Below, one piece after another: positions 16,305-25,190 of a stretch of DNA of 30,735 bases. How positions within the stretch are numbered: the first letter of the stretch is position 1; every line of letters starts with the position of its first letter. The translations under genes and the position numbers were made by a program. The stretch covers positions 1 to 30,735 of the forward strand of contig CAZEMY010000001.1 in the NCBI GenBank assembly GCA_964513405.1, read 5' to 3'. The DNA comes from an uncultured Desulfobulbaceae bacterium (GTDB lineage: Bacteria; Desulfobacterota; Desulfobulbia; Desulfobulbales; Desulfobulbaceae). The notes beneath the pieces are model-generated. The model made no database searches. It was not told where the DNA came from and saw nothing but the letters and a program-made list of their open reading frames with translations.

Positions 16305-18104
16305 CTATGAATTTTCCTCATCTTGCCCGTTATTACTGTCAAGGATAATGCTGGCTATTTCCACGCAACAATGGTTCATCTGCCGTTGGGTATACATAAG
16401 TTCCACATGAATGGTATGGGTTGCCAATACGCCTTCCTCGCCAAGTCTCAGTCTCTGCATATGCTGGTCGCGTAGTTCCGCCTCAAATTGTGCATAGCGT
16501 TTTTTTCTCTTTTTTATGTTCTGGGCAAGGGCTTTGTCCATATTGACCATGGCAGACTGGAGTCGTTTAAGCTGCTTGGCTATTTTTTTATGATATGCAA
16601 TTAGCTCTTCTTTACCTTCCGGCGAAAAATCCTGGTCAAGCTCTTTCTTTTTGCCTGATAGGGGGACTATCTGGCGGGTGATGATATCTCCCATCAACTC
16701 AATATAGTTAAGCAGGGACAGGAGTCCATTAAGCTCTCGTCCCTGTCCGTCCCCCAGCTCATTCCTGCCGATACCGAGCAGGTATATTCTTGTTTTATCT
16801 TCGAGAAAATTAATTTTTTCTTCTCTCATTGCAATGCCTGCCAACAGGGAAAGCTGCGGATAGCTCTTATCATGGAAGGGTTTGTCATTTATAAACGGAA
16901 TGATGGCTGCCCTGTGCATGGTCAGAATTAGCCTAAGCATACATTTTATTTCTGAACGGGCAACCTGAAGAGCCAGGGCAGGGGTATCCAGAATTTTATC
17001 GTCAAGATAACGGACAGTAGGGGTTAGGTTGTCATCTGACTGAACCTCGGGGAGTATGCGGATGATAAGCCAGGCAAATAGAGATATAAAGGGAAGGAAA
17101 ACCAGACCGACCGTGATATTGAAAATTGTGTGGGCATTGGCAATTTGCCTTGCCGTATCAAAATCGAATCTCTCCGATATTATCCTGATTAACTCAGCAA
17201 AATGTGGTATCCAGAAGATAAACAGCAATGCTCCACCGACATTAAAAAGGACATGGCCGATTGCTACCCGTTTTGCCTCTCTCGATGCCCCTATACCAGC
17301 AAGAATGGCAGTAACACAGGTACCTATATTGGCTCCGATAATTATGGCTATACCAGCTTCAAGGGTGATCAGGTTTTGCTGAGCAAGGACAATGACAATA
17401 CCGGTGGTGGCGCTGCTGCTCTGAACCAGGGCGGTGAATAATGCACCTGCTGCTATTCCCGCCAGGGGATTTTGCAGGTCCTGCATGGCATTTATAAATG
17501 GGGCATAAGTGCGGAGTGGCTCCATGGCATCGCCCATCAGTTTCATGCCGAAAAAGAGCATTCCAAAGCCAAGCATTATGTTACCGATGTTGGTCAACTT
17601 TTCAGCTTTGACAATCATTTTCAAGGCCACTCCGGCCAGAACCATGATTAAGGCGAAATCGGTTATTTTAAAGGCGACAAGCTGGGCAGTAACGGTGGTG
17701 CCGATATTGGCTCCGAGAATAATTCCCAGGACTCTGGCAAATGACATAAGTCCCGCCTGAACAAAACTCACCAACATGACTGTGGTTGCACTCGATGACT
17801 GAATAATCATGGTGACTACGGCACCTACCACCATGGCTATAAAGTTGTTTTTGGTCATGGTGGCGAGGATGGAACGAATCCGGTTTCCGGCTGCTTTCTT
17901 GATGCCTTTGCTCATCTTTTCCAGACCATAAAGGAAAAAAGCCAAACCACCACCGAGACTTAGGAGTATAGGAACCCAGGAAACATGATTTGTGGTTGCA
18001 GTTGCGGCAAGGAGAAGCTCTGCGTTTAAGAAAAACACAGCCCCGAAAAGAGAGCCTATAAGGAGGCGAAGAGAATTTTCAGGGGATGATATTTGGTCGT
18101 CCAT
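16305..18104 (-). CDS. Na/Pi cotransporter family protein with C-terminal PhoU-like domains
   Basis: Two repeats of QSSSATT and GANIGT; multiple hydrophobic helices; soluble helical C-terminal half. Confidence 0.92.
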   Translation of the reverse strand: MDDQISSPENSLRLLIGSLFGAVFFLNAELLLAATATTNHVSWVPILLSLGGGLAFFLYGLEKMSKGIKKAAGNRIRSILATMTKNNFIAMVVGAVVTMIIQSSSATTVMLVSFVQAGLMSFARVLGIILGANIGTTVTAQLVAFKITDFALIMVLAGVALKMIVKAEKLTNIGNIMLGFGMLFFGMKLMGDAMEPLRTYAPFINAMQDLQNPLAGIAAGALFTALVQSSSATTGIVIVLAQQNLITLEAGIAIIIGANIGTCVTAILAGIGASREAKRVAIGHVLFNVGGALLFIFWIPHFAELIRIISERFDFDTARQIANAHTIFNITVGLVFLPFISLFAWLIIRILPEVQSDDNLTPTVRYLDDKILDTPALALQVARSEIKCMLRLILTMHRAAIIPFINDKPFHDKSYPQLSLLAGIAMREEKINFLEDKTRIYLLGIGRNELGDGQGRELNGLLSLLNYIELMGDIITRQIVPLSGKKKELDQDFSPEGKEELIAYHKKIAKQLKRLQSAMVNMDKALAQNIKKRKKRYAQFEAELRDQHMQRLRLGEEGVLATHTIHVELMYTQRQMNHCCVEIASIILDSNNGQDEENS

Positions 18105-18176
18105 GGCAGGTTACCTGGTATTGTTGTTTTTAGGACTAAGGATTTTATCTATCGAATAATAGTTATATTTTATAGA

Positions 18177-18204
18177 ATTTTAACATATTGTCTGCCTTTG
18201 TCAA
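18177..18204 (-). promoter_or_regulatory. Putative sigma70 promoter (extended -10) for the Na/Pi cotransporter
   Basis: Minus strand TTGACA (18204-18199), 16-nt spacer ending TGT, TAAAAT (18182-18177). Confidence 0.6.
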
Positions 18205-18237
18205 ATTAGTTTTTTATCTTTTGTTACCTGCCTTTAT

Positions 18238-18335
18238 CAGAAGCCAGAAGACAGAGGACAGAGGACAGAGGACAGAATAGTTAGTGCTTCACATTTTATT
18301 TATCTGTTATCTGTCACCTGACACCTGACACCTGG
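18238..18335. repeat. Inverted heptad-array element copy C
   Basis: CAG at 18238/45/52/59/66/73 ((CAGAGGA)3 then CAGAATAGTTAG); CTG at 18304/11/18/25/32; overlaps the queA stop. Confidence 0.85.
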
Positions 18336-19417
18336 CAAACCATGGCATCTCCATAGCTAAAAAAGCGATATTCCCGTTTGATGGCTTCTTCGTATGTCTT
18401 TAAGAGTTGTTTTCTGCCAACGATGGCCGAGACGAGAAAGAGCAGGGACGAGCGGGGCAGGTGAAAGTTGGTGATCAAGTTGTCAATTATTTTGAATTGG
18501 TGTCCTGGATAAATAAAAAGATCACATGGACCGCTAACCGGCTTGACCATTCCTGAATCATCCGCTGCAAACTCAAGGGTTCGTACCGTGGTCGTACCCA
18601 CTGCCCATATCCTTCCCCCGGCTGCTTTGACTGCATTTATCCGGGCAGCGGTTTCCGGTTTTATTTCAACTGACTCTTCGTGGATGTGGTGTTCTTTTAT
18701 ATTGTCAACCCGTACCGGAGCAAAGGTTCCGTAACCTACATGAAGAGTCAGGTGGCAGCAGTCCACACCTTTTTCCCTGATGGCATTGTCCAGTTCAGGG
18801 GTAAAGTGAAGACCGGCGGTGGGGGCGGCAACCGAGCCGGTGTCCTGGGCATAACAGGTCTGATAACGGATAGTATCTTCTGCGGTTGTTCCTTCCGGGC
18901 GGTGTATGTAAGGAGGAAGGGGAATCTGACCACATCTCGCCAGTATATCATCAATACTTTTATTATTATCAGTTTTGTACCTGAGCTTAATTTCCACCTT
19001 GCCGTCCGGCTGGATTTTTTTGACAACGGCCTCCATGTCAGGGCTGAATTTAAGCGTAATCCCAGGTTTTGGGCGTTTGGAACTCTTAAGAAGAACTGTA
19101 CAGTCCGTAACCCCCCAGCCGTTTTCTTCTCTTTGCTTTTGTTTTTCTCCCGGGTATTCGAGAAAGAGAATCTCGACCTTGCCTCCGCTCTCTTTTATGC
19201 CGGATAGTCTTGCCGGGAAAACCTTCGTATTGTTGCGAACCAGCAGGTCGCCAGGGTTGAGAAGGTCAAGGATGGCAGGGAAACGGGCATGGGTTAATTT
19301 ATTACCGTGTCCCATAATTAGCAATCGGGATTGATCCCGCTGCTCTGCCGGATACTGGGCAATTCGTTCTTCTGGAAGCTCAAAGTCGTAGGAGGAAAGA
19401 TTGAAGTCGTCATTCAT
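18314..19417 (-). CDS. queA: tRNA preQ1(34) S-adenosylmethionine ribosyltransferase-isomerase
   Basis: YDFELPEERIAQYP, LVRNNTKVFPARL, IPLPPYI, GSVAAPTAGLHF, TLHVGYGTF, AVGTTTVR, TNFHLPRS, YRFFSYGDAM. Confidence 0.97.
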   Translation of the reverse strand: MNDDFNLSSYDFELPEERIAQYPAEQRDQSRLLIMGHGNKLTHARFPAILDLLNPGDLLVRNNTKVFPARLSGIKESGGKVEILFLEYPGEKQKQREENGWGVTDCTVLLKSSKRPKPGITLKFSPDMEAVVKKIQPDGKVEIKLRYKTDNNKSIDDILARCGQIPLPPYIHRPEGTTAEDTIRYQTCYAQDTGSVAAPTAGLHFTPELDNAIREKGVDCCHLTLHVGYGTFAPVRVDNIKEHHIHEESVEIKPETAARINAVKAAGGRIWAVGTTTVRTLEFAADDSGMVKPVSGPCDLFIYPGHQFKIIDNLITNFHLPRSSLLFLVSAIVGRKQLLKTYEEAIKREYRFFSYGDAMVCQVSGVR

Positions 19418-19588
19418 GATGGATTGTTTTATTATAATTTAAGAGATTTTTATTAAAAAAAATAGTTACACTGGTTATTTATTGCGGTAACCTGTCAGGT
19501 TGAAATGTAGTGGAGGCATTGATTTTTTAAAATTGGTTTTAAACCAATGCTTTCATAATCGAATTGTCTGTAAGGTCAAGATAATATC

Positions 19589-20284
19589 GTGTCCTTGTCG
19601 ATAATGTTACACTATGGTGGTCGTGTGTTTTTAATTGTTACAGCGACAGAAATGGAGATGCGTCCTTTCAAAAGAGCGGGTGCAGATGCAGGTCATGAAC
19701 TGCTGGTTACCGGTATGGGGCTGGTGGAGACAGCCTTTTCCCTTACCCGCCGTCTTGGGCGGAGTACAGACGGGCTTGAGGGTGTTATTAATTTTGGTGT
19801 GGCTGGAGCTTATTTGCACCCGGATGGTTCAGGGGCGGAGATGCTGGATATATGCATGGCAGAGGATGAAATTCTGGGTGATTTTGGTATATGCCTGCCT
19901 AGAAGAATAGAAAGATTCACAGCACCGGAACTTGGGGTTAAGGATAGTTTTCCCTTGGACAAAAAACTTCTTAGGGAATCCTCTGAAGTTTTATCCCGCA
20001 AGGGTATAAAGAACAGAAAAGGAGTCTTTGTGAGTGTTAACTCTGTTTCCGGAAGCAGACAGCGGGGAGATATGTTTGTCCGGGAGTTTGGGGGATTGTG
20101 TGAAAATATGGAAGGAGCTGCCGTGGTCCGGGTATGTAGCGAATTTGCTCTTCCCTGCCTGGAACTTCGTTGTGTGTCTAATCTTGTTGAAGACAGAAAT
20201 ACCGGCAACTGGCAACTGAAAGAGGCCTGCCGCCGTTCTGGTGAGGCTGCTGCGGTTGTTGCCAGGTCTTTATGCGTAAAATGA
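19589..20284 (+). CDS. mqnB: Futalosine hydrolase (start may be ATG 19604 or GTG 19625)
   Basis: PNP/UDP nucleosidase fold: LVTGMG, INFGVAGAY, ENMEGAAV, ELRCVSNLVEDR..WQLKEA; adjacent to mqnD. Confidence 0.88.
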   Translation: MSLSIMLHYGGRVFLIVTATEMEMRPFKRAGADAGHELLVTGMGLVETAFSLTRRLGRSTDGLEGVINFGVAGAYLHPDGSGAEMLDICMAEDEILGDFGICLPRRIERFTAPELGVKDSFPLDKKLLRESSEVLSRKGIKNRKGVFVSVNSVSGSRQRGDMFVREFGGLCENMEGAAVVRVCSEFALPCLELRCVSNLVEDRNTGNWQLKEACRRSGEAAAVVARSLCVK

Positions 20285-20359
20285 TAGAAAATATATGTGT
20301 TCGATTTCGGGGAAAAAGGCCTGAGTGGGATAATATAAAGGATATTTTGAAAGAGAAGC

Positions 20360-21271
20360 ATGATGGTGAACAGGAATAAGAACGGACACGAGTATAAAAA
20401 AAATGTTGAAAATAAGGTTTGCGAACAGGCAGTTGCCAGGCAGCCACTTTCCCTGGCTTTCTCCACCTGCCCCAATGACACTTTTATCTTTTATGCTCTT
20501 GTCCATGGTCTTGTTGAAGATAATAATTTGAACTTTGCTGAACCAGTGTTGACCGATGTGGAAGAGTTGAATCTTCTTGCCAGGGAAGAAAGGTTTGCAG
20601 TAAGCAAACTCTCATTTCATGGTCTTGGCCATCTTCTTGATAAGTATACACTTCTCTCTGCCGGAGCCGCTCTGGGTAGGGGGTGTGGACCGCTTCTGCT
20701 TTGCCGGCAATCGTCGCCTGCTATAAAGGAAGGAGCCAGAATTGCTGTTCCTGGTCGCTACACAACTGCGGCTCTACTCCTTGAACTCTATCTTGATCGG
20801 CAGGTGGATGTGGTAACCATGCGGTTTGACAAGATAATGGATGCGATAAGCAATGGAGAAGCTGATGCTGGAGTGATTATTCATGAGTCCAGATTTACTT
20901 ATCATAAGTTTGCTCTCCACTGTCTTTGCGATCTTGGGGAGTGGTGGGAAGGGGAGACTGGTCTACCCATACCCTTGGGCGGAATTGCGGCCCGCACTTC
21001 TCTTGGAGGGGATGTTTTGCTGAAAATTGACAGGGCTATCCGGGCAAGTTTGGCCTTTGCCCGTGCCAATCCTGATTTGGCGAGTGAATATATAAGAAAA
21101 TATGCAGGGGAAATGGATAGTCAGGTCTGCAAAAATCATATAAGTTTATATGTTAATGATTTTTCTGATCATCTCGGCAGAGAAGGTTTAGGGGCAGTGG
21201 AAGAACTTTTTAGAAGGGGTCGGGAAAAAGGTATTATACCTGATCTCCCCCTTAATACTATTGGCATATAA
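20360..21271 (+). CDS. mqnD: 1,4-dihydroxy-6-naphthoate synthase
   Basis: STCPNDTFIFYAL, DVEELN, KLSFHG, GAALGRGCGPL, GVIIHESRFTY, DLGEWWEGETGLPIPLGGI, HISLYVNDFS. Confidence 0.95.
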   Translation: MMVNRNKNGHEYKKNVENKVCEQAVARQPLSLAFSTCPNDTFIFYALVHGLVEDNNLNFAEPVLTDVEELNLLAREERFAVSKLSFHGLGHLLDKYTLLSAGAALGRGCGPLLLCRQSSPAIKEGARIAVPGRYTTAALLLELYLDRQVDVVTMRFDKIMDAISNGEADAGVIIHESRFTYHKFALHCLCDLGEWWEGETGLPIPLGGIAARTSLGGDVLLKIDRAIRASLAFARANPDLASEYIRKYAGEMDSQVCKNHISLYVNDFSDHLGREGLGAVEELFRRGREKGIIPDLPLNTIGI

Positions 21272-21273
21272 TT

Positions 21274-22326
21274 ATGGATTCCCCTCTTTTTGCAAATCTG
21301 CCGGTTATCGGGATATGCGGGCAAAGTGGTTCAGGTAAAACCACTCTTGTCGAGGCTTTGGTCCTCCGTTTTATAGCTGATGGTTTGCGGGTGGCAGTGG
21401 TCAAGCATGGGGCAAAGGGGGTAAACCTTGACAAAACCGGTAAGGACAGTGACCGTTTTTACCGGGCAGGTGCGGATGTAGTTCTGCTTGGTAATGAACA
21501 GTTTGTTAGATACCACCGGCTTGACTATGAGGTTACTTTGCGAAATCTTTGCTTTGACCATGATCTGGTACTGATTGAGGGGCATCGCTCAACAGCGGTG
21601 GGAAAGATTTGGCTGCTTGCTGAAAATGATATAAACCCGCCGCCGGAAGTGGAGAATATAATTATTTCTCTTGCTCCGGGGCAGCGACAGGTGAACACTC
21701 TTTTTGCCATGATATCAGTCTGGCTTGACAAGAGAATAAAACAAGTACCGGTTAGCGGATGTCTGCTGATTGGTGGCAAGTCAAGGCGAATGGGGCGCCC
21801 CAAGCATCTGCTCATGGAAAACGGGCAGACCTGGATAGAAAGAACAGTTGCTGTTATGGAAAAGAAGGTAGATAATCTTGTCCTGGCCGGCAGGGGAGAA
21901 GTCCCCCCATCGCTTGTGTATCTGCCTCGTATTCCAGATACACCATATTTGGATGGCCCTCTGTCGGGGGTTCTTGCCGCCATGCGTTGGCAACCGAGGT
22001 CGTCATGGCTGGTTGTAGCCTGTGATCTGCCTGATATATCAGAAGAGGCTATAAACTGGTTGCTTGAGCAGAGAGAAGGCGGAATCTGGGGGATATTGCC
22101 GTCTCTTGGAGGTGGCAGCCGGGTTGAACCACTGTTTGCCTGGTACGATTTCCGGATGCTCTCTGTTCTGGAAAAACTGGCGGCTGATGGTTGCCTGCGC
22201 CCAGGTATGGCAGCGGAACATGAGCAGGTGATAACTCCGTCACCGCCTGCCCGACTTCACCCGGCCTGGAGGAATGTTAACACTGTGGAGGAGTGGGAGC
22301 AGAGAGGGGCGGTAAATAATAAATAA
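21274..22326 (+). CDS. mobB: Fused MobB (P-loop) and MobA (molybdenum cofactor guanylyltransferase)
   Basis: N-terminal GQSGSGKTT, VAVVKH, KTGKDSDRFYRAGAD, DLVLIEG; C-terminal LIGGKSRRMGRPK, GPLSGVLAA, LVVACDLP, EPLFAWY, NVNT..E. Confidence 0.85.
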   Translation: MDSPLFANLPVIGICGQSGSGKTTLVEALVLRFIADGLRVAVVKHGAKGVNLDKTGKDSDRFYRAGADVVLLGNEQFVRYHRLDYEVTLRNLCFDHDLVLIEGHRSTAVGKIWLLAENDINPPPEVENIIISLAPGQRQVNTLFAMISVWLDKRIKQVPVSGCLLIGGKSRRMGRPKHLLMENGQTWIERTVAVMEKKVDNLVLAGRGEVPPSLVYLPRIPDTPYLDGPLSGVLAAMRWQPRSSWLVVACDLPDISEEAINWLLEQREGGIWGILPSLGGGSRVEPLFAWYDFRMLSVLEKLAADGCLRPGMAAEHEQVITPSPPARLHPAWRNVNTVEEWEQRGAVNNK

Positions 22327-22347
22327 TAAATAAAATGTAATAAATGG
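22313..22347 (+). repeat. AT-rich 7-bp tandem repeat at the mobBA/bpt junction
   Basis: TAAATAA x3, AATGTAA, TAAATGG; contains the mobBA stop and the bpt start. Confidence 0.6.
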
Positions 22348-23054
22348 CTATTAGTCAGGAATTTGAAAAATACTTTGTTAACATCTCTACGGACTGCCCT
22401 TATGGGTTGGACAATCAGGCGGTATTCCATCAGGCCATGTTTATCAAGGTTGATGATGAAGCCATGGGGGATTTTCTTGACCATGGCTATCGGCGCAATG
22501 GCAGCTGCATGTACAGCATGCGTTGTCCTGCTTGTTCCGGCTGTGTGCCGATTCGTATCCGTCCGGATCTCTTTCACCCCAATCGTAATCAAAAAAGAGT
22601 ATGGAAAAAAAACATGGATGTTCGTATGGGGGTGGCACCACTGACCATGGGTGATGAAAATCTCGCCCTCCTTGATAAATTTCTTCGTGTCCGCTTCCCG
22701 GAGGGTACCTCTTCGGCTGAAAATTATTATACCGGATTTTTTATCACCTCCATGACCAACTGTTTTGAAATTCGCTACCGTATAGATGACCACCTTCTCG
22801 GAGTTGCAATTGTTGATGGCTCTTCCGCCTGGCTCAATGCGGTTTATTTTTATTTTGACCCTGACTTTTCAGCTCGCAGTCCCGGCACTTTCAATATCCT
22901 CAGCCTTATTGACTTCTGTTGTAATCGAAAAAAAACATACATTTATCTTGGTTATCATATAGAGGAAATAAGAGCCATGTGTTATAAATCAGCCTTTAAG
23001 CCTTATGAATTACTGCTTGACGGGGTCTGGCATGAATATCCGACAGTGGATTAG
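22344..23054 (+). CDS. bpt: ATE-family aminoacyl-tRNA--protein transferase (Bpt, Asp/Glu leucyltransferase-like)
   Basis: CPY, GYRRNG, CPACSGCVPIRI, NRNQKRVWKKN, LNAVYFYFDPD, SPGTFNIL, YIYLGY..I, MCYKSAFKPYE. Confidence 0.88.
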   Translation: MAISQEFEKYFVNISTDCPYGLDNQAVFHQAMFIKVDDEAMGDFLDHGYRRNGSCMYSMRCPACSGCVPIRIRPDLFHPNRNQKRVWKKNMDVRMGVAPLTMGDENLALLDKFLRVRFPEGTSSAENYYTGFFITSMTNCFEIRYRIDDHLLGVAIVDGSSAWLNAVYFYFDPDFSARSPGTFNILSLIDFCCNRKKTYIYLGYHIEEIRAMCYKSAFKPYELLLDGVWHEYPTVD

Positions 23055-23160
23055 TTAGGCTTGTCTGTTCCTGGTAGAGTGGAGTATATTCCGCTGTTTT
23101 GATTATTGATCTGGGCGTACATGTCTGTGACATGGTTGTGGTGTTAAACTTTTGTGACTT

Positions 23161-25017
23161 GTGGAAGCAGATAATAATATGGGAAAAATAATAAGAAAGT
23201 ATCTGTTCTGTCGCCGGGCAGCCTTTATCCATGATCTTTTATGGGTGACGGCAGCCTTGGTTCTTGCTTATTTCTTACGGTTTAACCTGGAGGCAATACC
23301 TGACATTCATCGTCCTGGCATGTATCAGCTCATTGTCCTTGCCATCCCCATACAGGGGGCTGTCTACTGGCTTTTTGGGCTCTATCGGGGATTCTGGCGT
23401 TTTGCTTCTGTTCCGGATCTGGTGAGAATTCTCAACGCGGTTGTTGTCGGTACTCTCCTTCTGATTGGCTGTTGCTGGCTGTTGACCAGGCTTGAAGGGA
23501 TCCCCCGCTCAATTTTTGTCATATACCCTCTTCTCCTCGTTGGCGGTTTATGCGGTCCCCGTATTCTTTACCGCTGGTTCAGGGATCATCGGCTTGCATT
23601 CAGCGAGCAGCCGGGAAAAAGAACTGTCATTGTCGGGGCCGGCAGGGCTGGTGAAATGCTTGTTCGGGACTTGCTTCGCCAGGATGATTATGAACCTGTT
23701 GCCTTTCTTGATGATGACATAAAACTGCTTGGCCGGGAAATACATGGGGTCCGGGTTGTTGGCAACACAGGTGAGCTTGCAGATATTGTTACATCTTTTA
23801 ATATAGAATTAATTGTTCTGGCAATGCCCTCGGCCGGCAGACAGGTCATAGACAGATTGTCCATTCTTTGCCGTGAAAGTGGGGTGTCCTGCCTTACACT
23901 GCCATCCATCGGTGAAATGAAGGGGCTGGAAGCGGACTCGGGACGGCTCAGGGAAGTTTCTCTTGAAGATCTCCTGGGGCGGGAGGTGGTCAGGCTTGAT
24001 AAACAGGCGATCAGCGATTATTTATCGGGCAAGGTAGTTATGGTCACCGGCGGTGGCGGTTCAATCGGCTCTGAACTGTGTCGTCAGCTTGCCGAAGTTA
24101 ACCCGGGCAGGTTGATAATTTTTGATAATGGGGAATATAATCTTTATGCCATTGACAGGGAGTTGGGAGAGGATTTCCCGGAGTTGTCTTTTGATGCAAT
24201 TCTTGGCGATGTGAAGGATAGGGAGCGGTTGGAGTGGGTTTTCTCCAAATTTAAGCCCGCCGTTGTTTTTCATGCCGCAGCCTATAAACATGTACCCATG
24301 GTGGAGGCTAACCCGGCGGAAGGGGTGAAGAATAATGTCCATGGCAGTCAATGTGTTGCCGATGCGGCGGATAGGCACGAGGTAGAAAAATTTGTTCTGG
24401 TATCAACGGACAAGGCTGTTAATCCGGTCAATATAATGGGTGCCAGTAAACGGGTTGCAGAGCTGTACTGCCAGAACCTGAACCCTAGGTCAACAACCTC
24501 TTTTATCACTACCCGTTTTGGCAATGTCCTTGGCTCTGCTGGTTCGGTTGTACCGTTATTTCAAAAACAGGTCGAAAATGGTGGCCCGCTCACCGTTACC
24601 CATGAAAAAATAAGCAGATATTTTATGACGATTCCTGAGTCTGTCAGTTTGATTCTTCAGGCGGGGGCCATGGGAAATGGCGGTGAGATATTTGTTTTGG
24701 ATATGGGCGAACCTGTCCTGATAAAAGACCTGGCCGAGCAGGTTATAAGGCTGTCTGGCTTGGAACCGGGCAAGGATATTGAAATCGTCTACACCGGATT
24801 AAGGCCTGGTGAAAAACTGTATGAAGAGCTTCTCCACGAAAGTGAAAACCTCCAGCCCACAGAACACGAAAAACTGCTTCTCGCCAGCAGCCGGATGGTG
24901 GACTGGAAATGGCTGACAGAAAAAATGGAATGTCTGAGAAAGGCGGCTACAGCTCGCAACATAGATAAGTTACGGGAATGTTTGCAGGGTATTGTGCCTG
25001 AATTTAAACAAGACTGA
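23161..25017 (+). CDS. CapD/PglF/WbpM-family nucleotide-sugar 4,6-dehydratase (start may be ATG 23179)
   Basis: Four N-terminal TM helices; IVGAGRAG; VTGGGGSIGSELCRQ; HAAAYKHVP; VSTDKAVNP; RFGNVLGSAGSV; RYFMTIPE; GLRPGEKLYEEL. Confidence 0.93.
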   Translation: MEADNNMGKIIRKYLFCRRAAFIHDLLWVTAALVLAYFLRFNLEAIPDIHRPGMYQLIVLAIPIQGAVYWLFGLYRGFWRFASVPDLVRILNAVVVGTLLLIGCCWLLTRLEGIPRSIFVIYPLLLVGGLCGPRILYRWFRDHRLAFSEQPGKRTVIVGAGRAGEMLVRDLLRQDDYEPVAFLDDDIKLLGREIHGVRVVGNTGELADIVTSFNIELIVLAMPSAGRQVIDRLSILCRESGVSCLTLPSIGEMKGLEADSGRLREVSLEDLLGREVVRLDKQAISDYLSGKVVMVTGGGGSIGSELCRQLAEVNPGRLIIFDNGEYNLYAIDRELGEDFPELSFDAILGDVKDRERLEWVFSKFKPAVVFHAAAYKHVPMVEANPAEGVKNNVHGSQCVADAADRHEVEKFVLVSTDKAVNPVNIMGASKRVAELYCQNLNPRSTTSFITTRFGNVLGSAGSVVPLFQKQVENGGPLTVTHEKISRYFMTIPESVSLILQAGAMGNGGEIFVLDMGEPVLIKDLAEQVIRLSGLEPGKDIEIVYTGLRPGEKLYEELLHESENLQPTEHEKLLLASSRMVDWKWLTEKMECLRKAATARNIDKLRECLQGIVPEFKQD

Positions 25018-25028
25018 TGTATCTATAT

Positions 25029-25190
25029 CAGAAGACAGAGGACAGAGGACAGAAGTCAGAATAGTTAGCAGCCTGCGGCTGGTAAGAAAAATAAACAGAT
25101 CATACAAAACAGGTAAGAGGGGACTCCGAATGCGAAGCATCAAACTATTCTGTCCTCTGGCTTCTGGCTTCTGGCTTCTGTATTCTGGTA
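25029..25190. repeat. Inverted heptad-array element copy D
   Basis: CAG at 25029/36/43/50/57 then AATAGTTAG; mini-hairpins AGCCTGCGGCT (25070-80) and ATGCGAAGCAT (25130-40); AACTATTCTG (25143-52) complements CAGAATAGTT (25057-66); CTG at 25150/57/64/71/78/85. Confidence 0.88.

Noticed and set aside
18188-18210. Pho box at the Na/Pi cotransporter promoter
   Set aside because: The two TTGTC are 10 bp apart rather than 11, and one is simply the -35 hexamer.
18238-18335. CRISPR array from the short repeats
   Set aside because: Units are 7 bp and contiguous, with no unique spacers and no cas genes.
19810-20481. 223-aa minus-strand ORF
   Set aside because: Antisense shadow of mqnB/mqnD with no recognisable motif.
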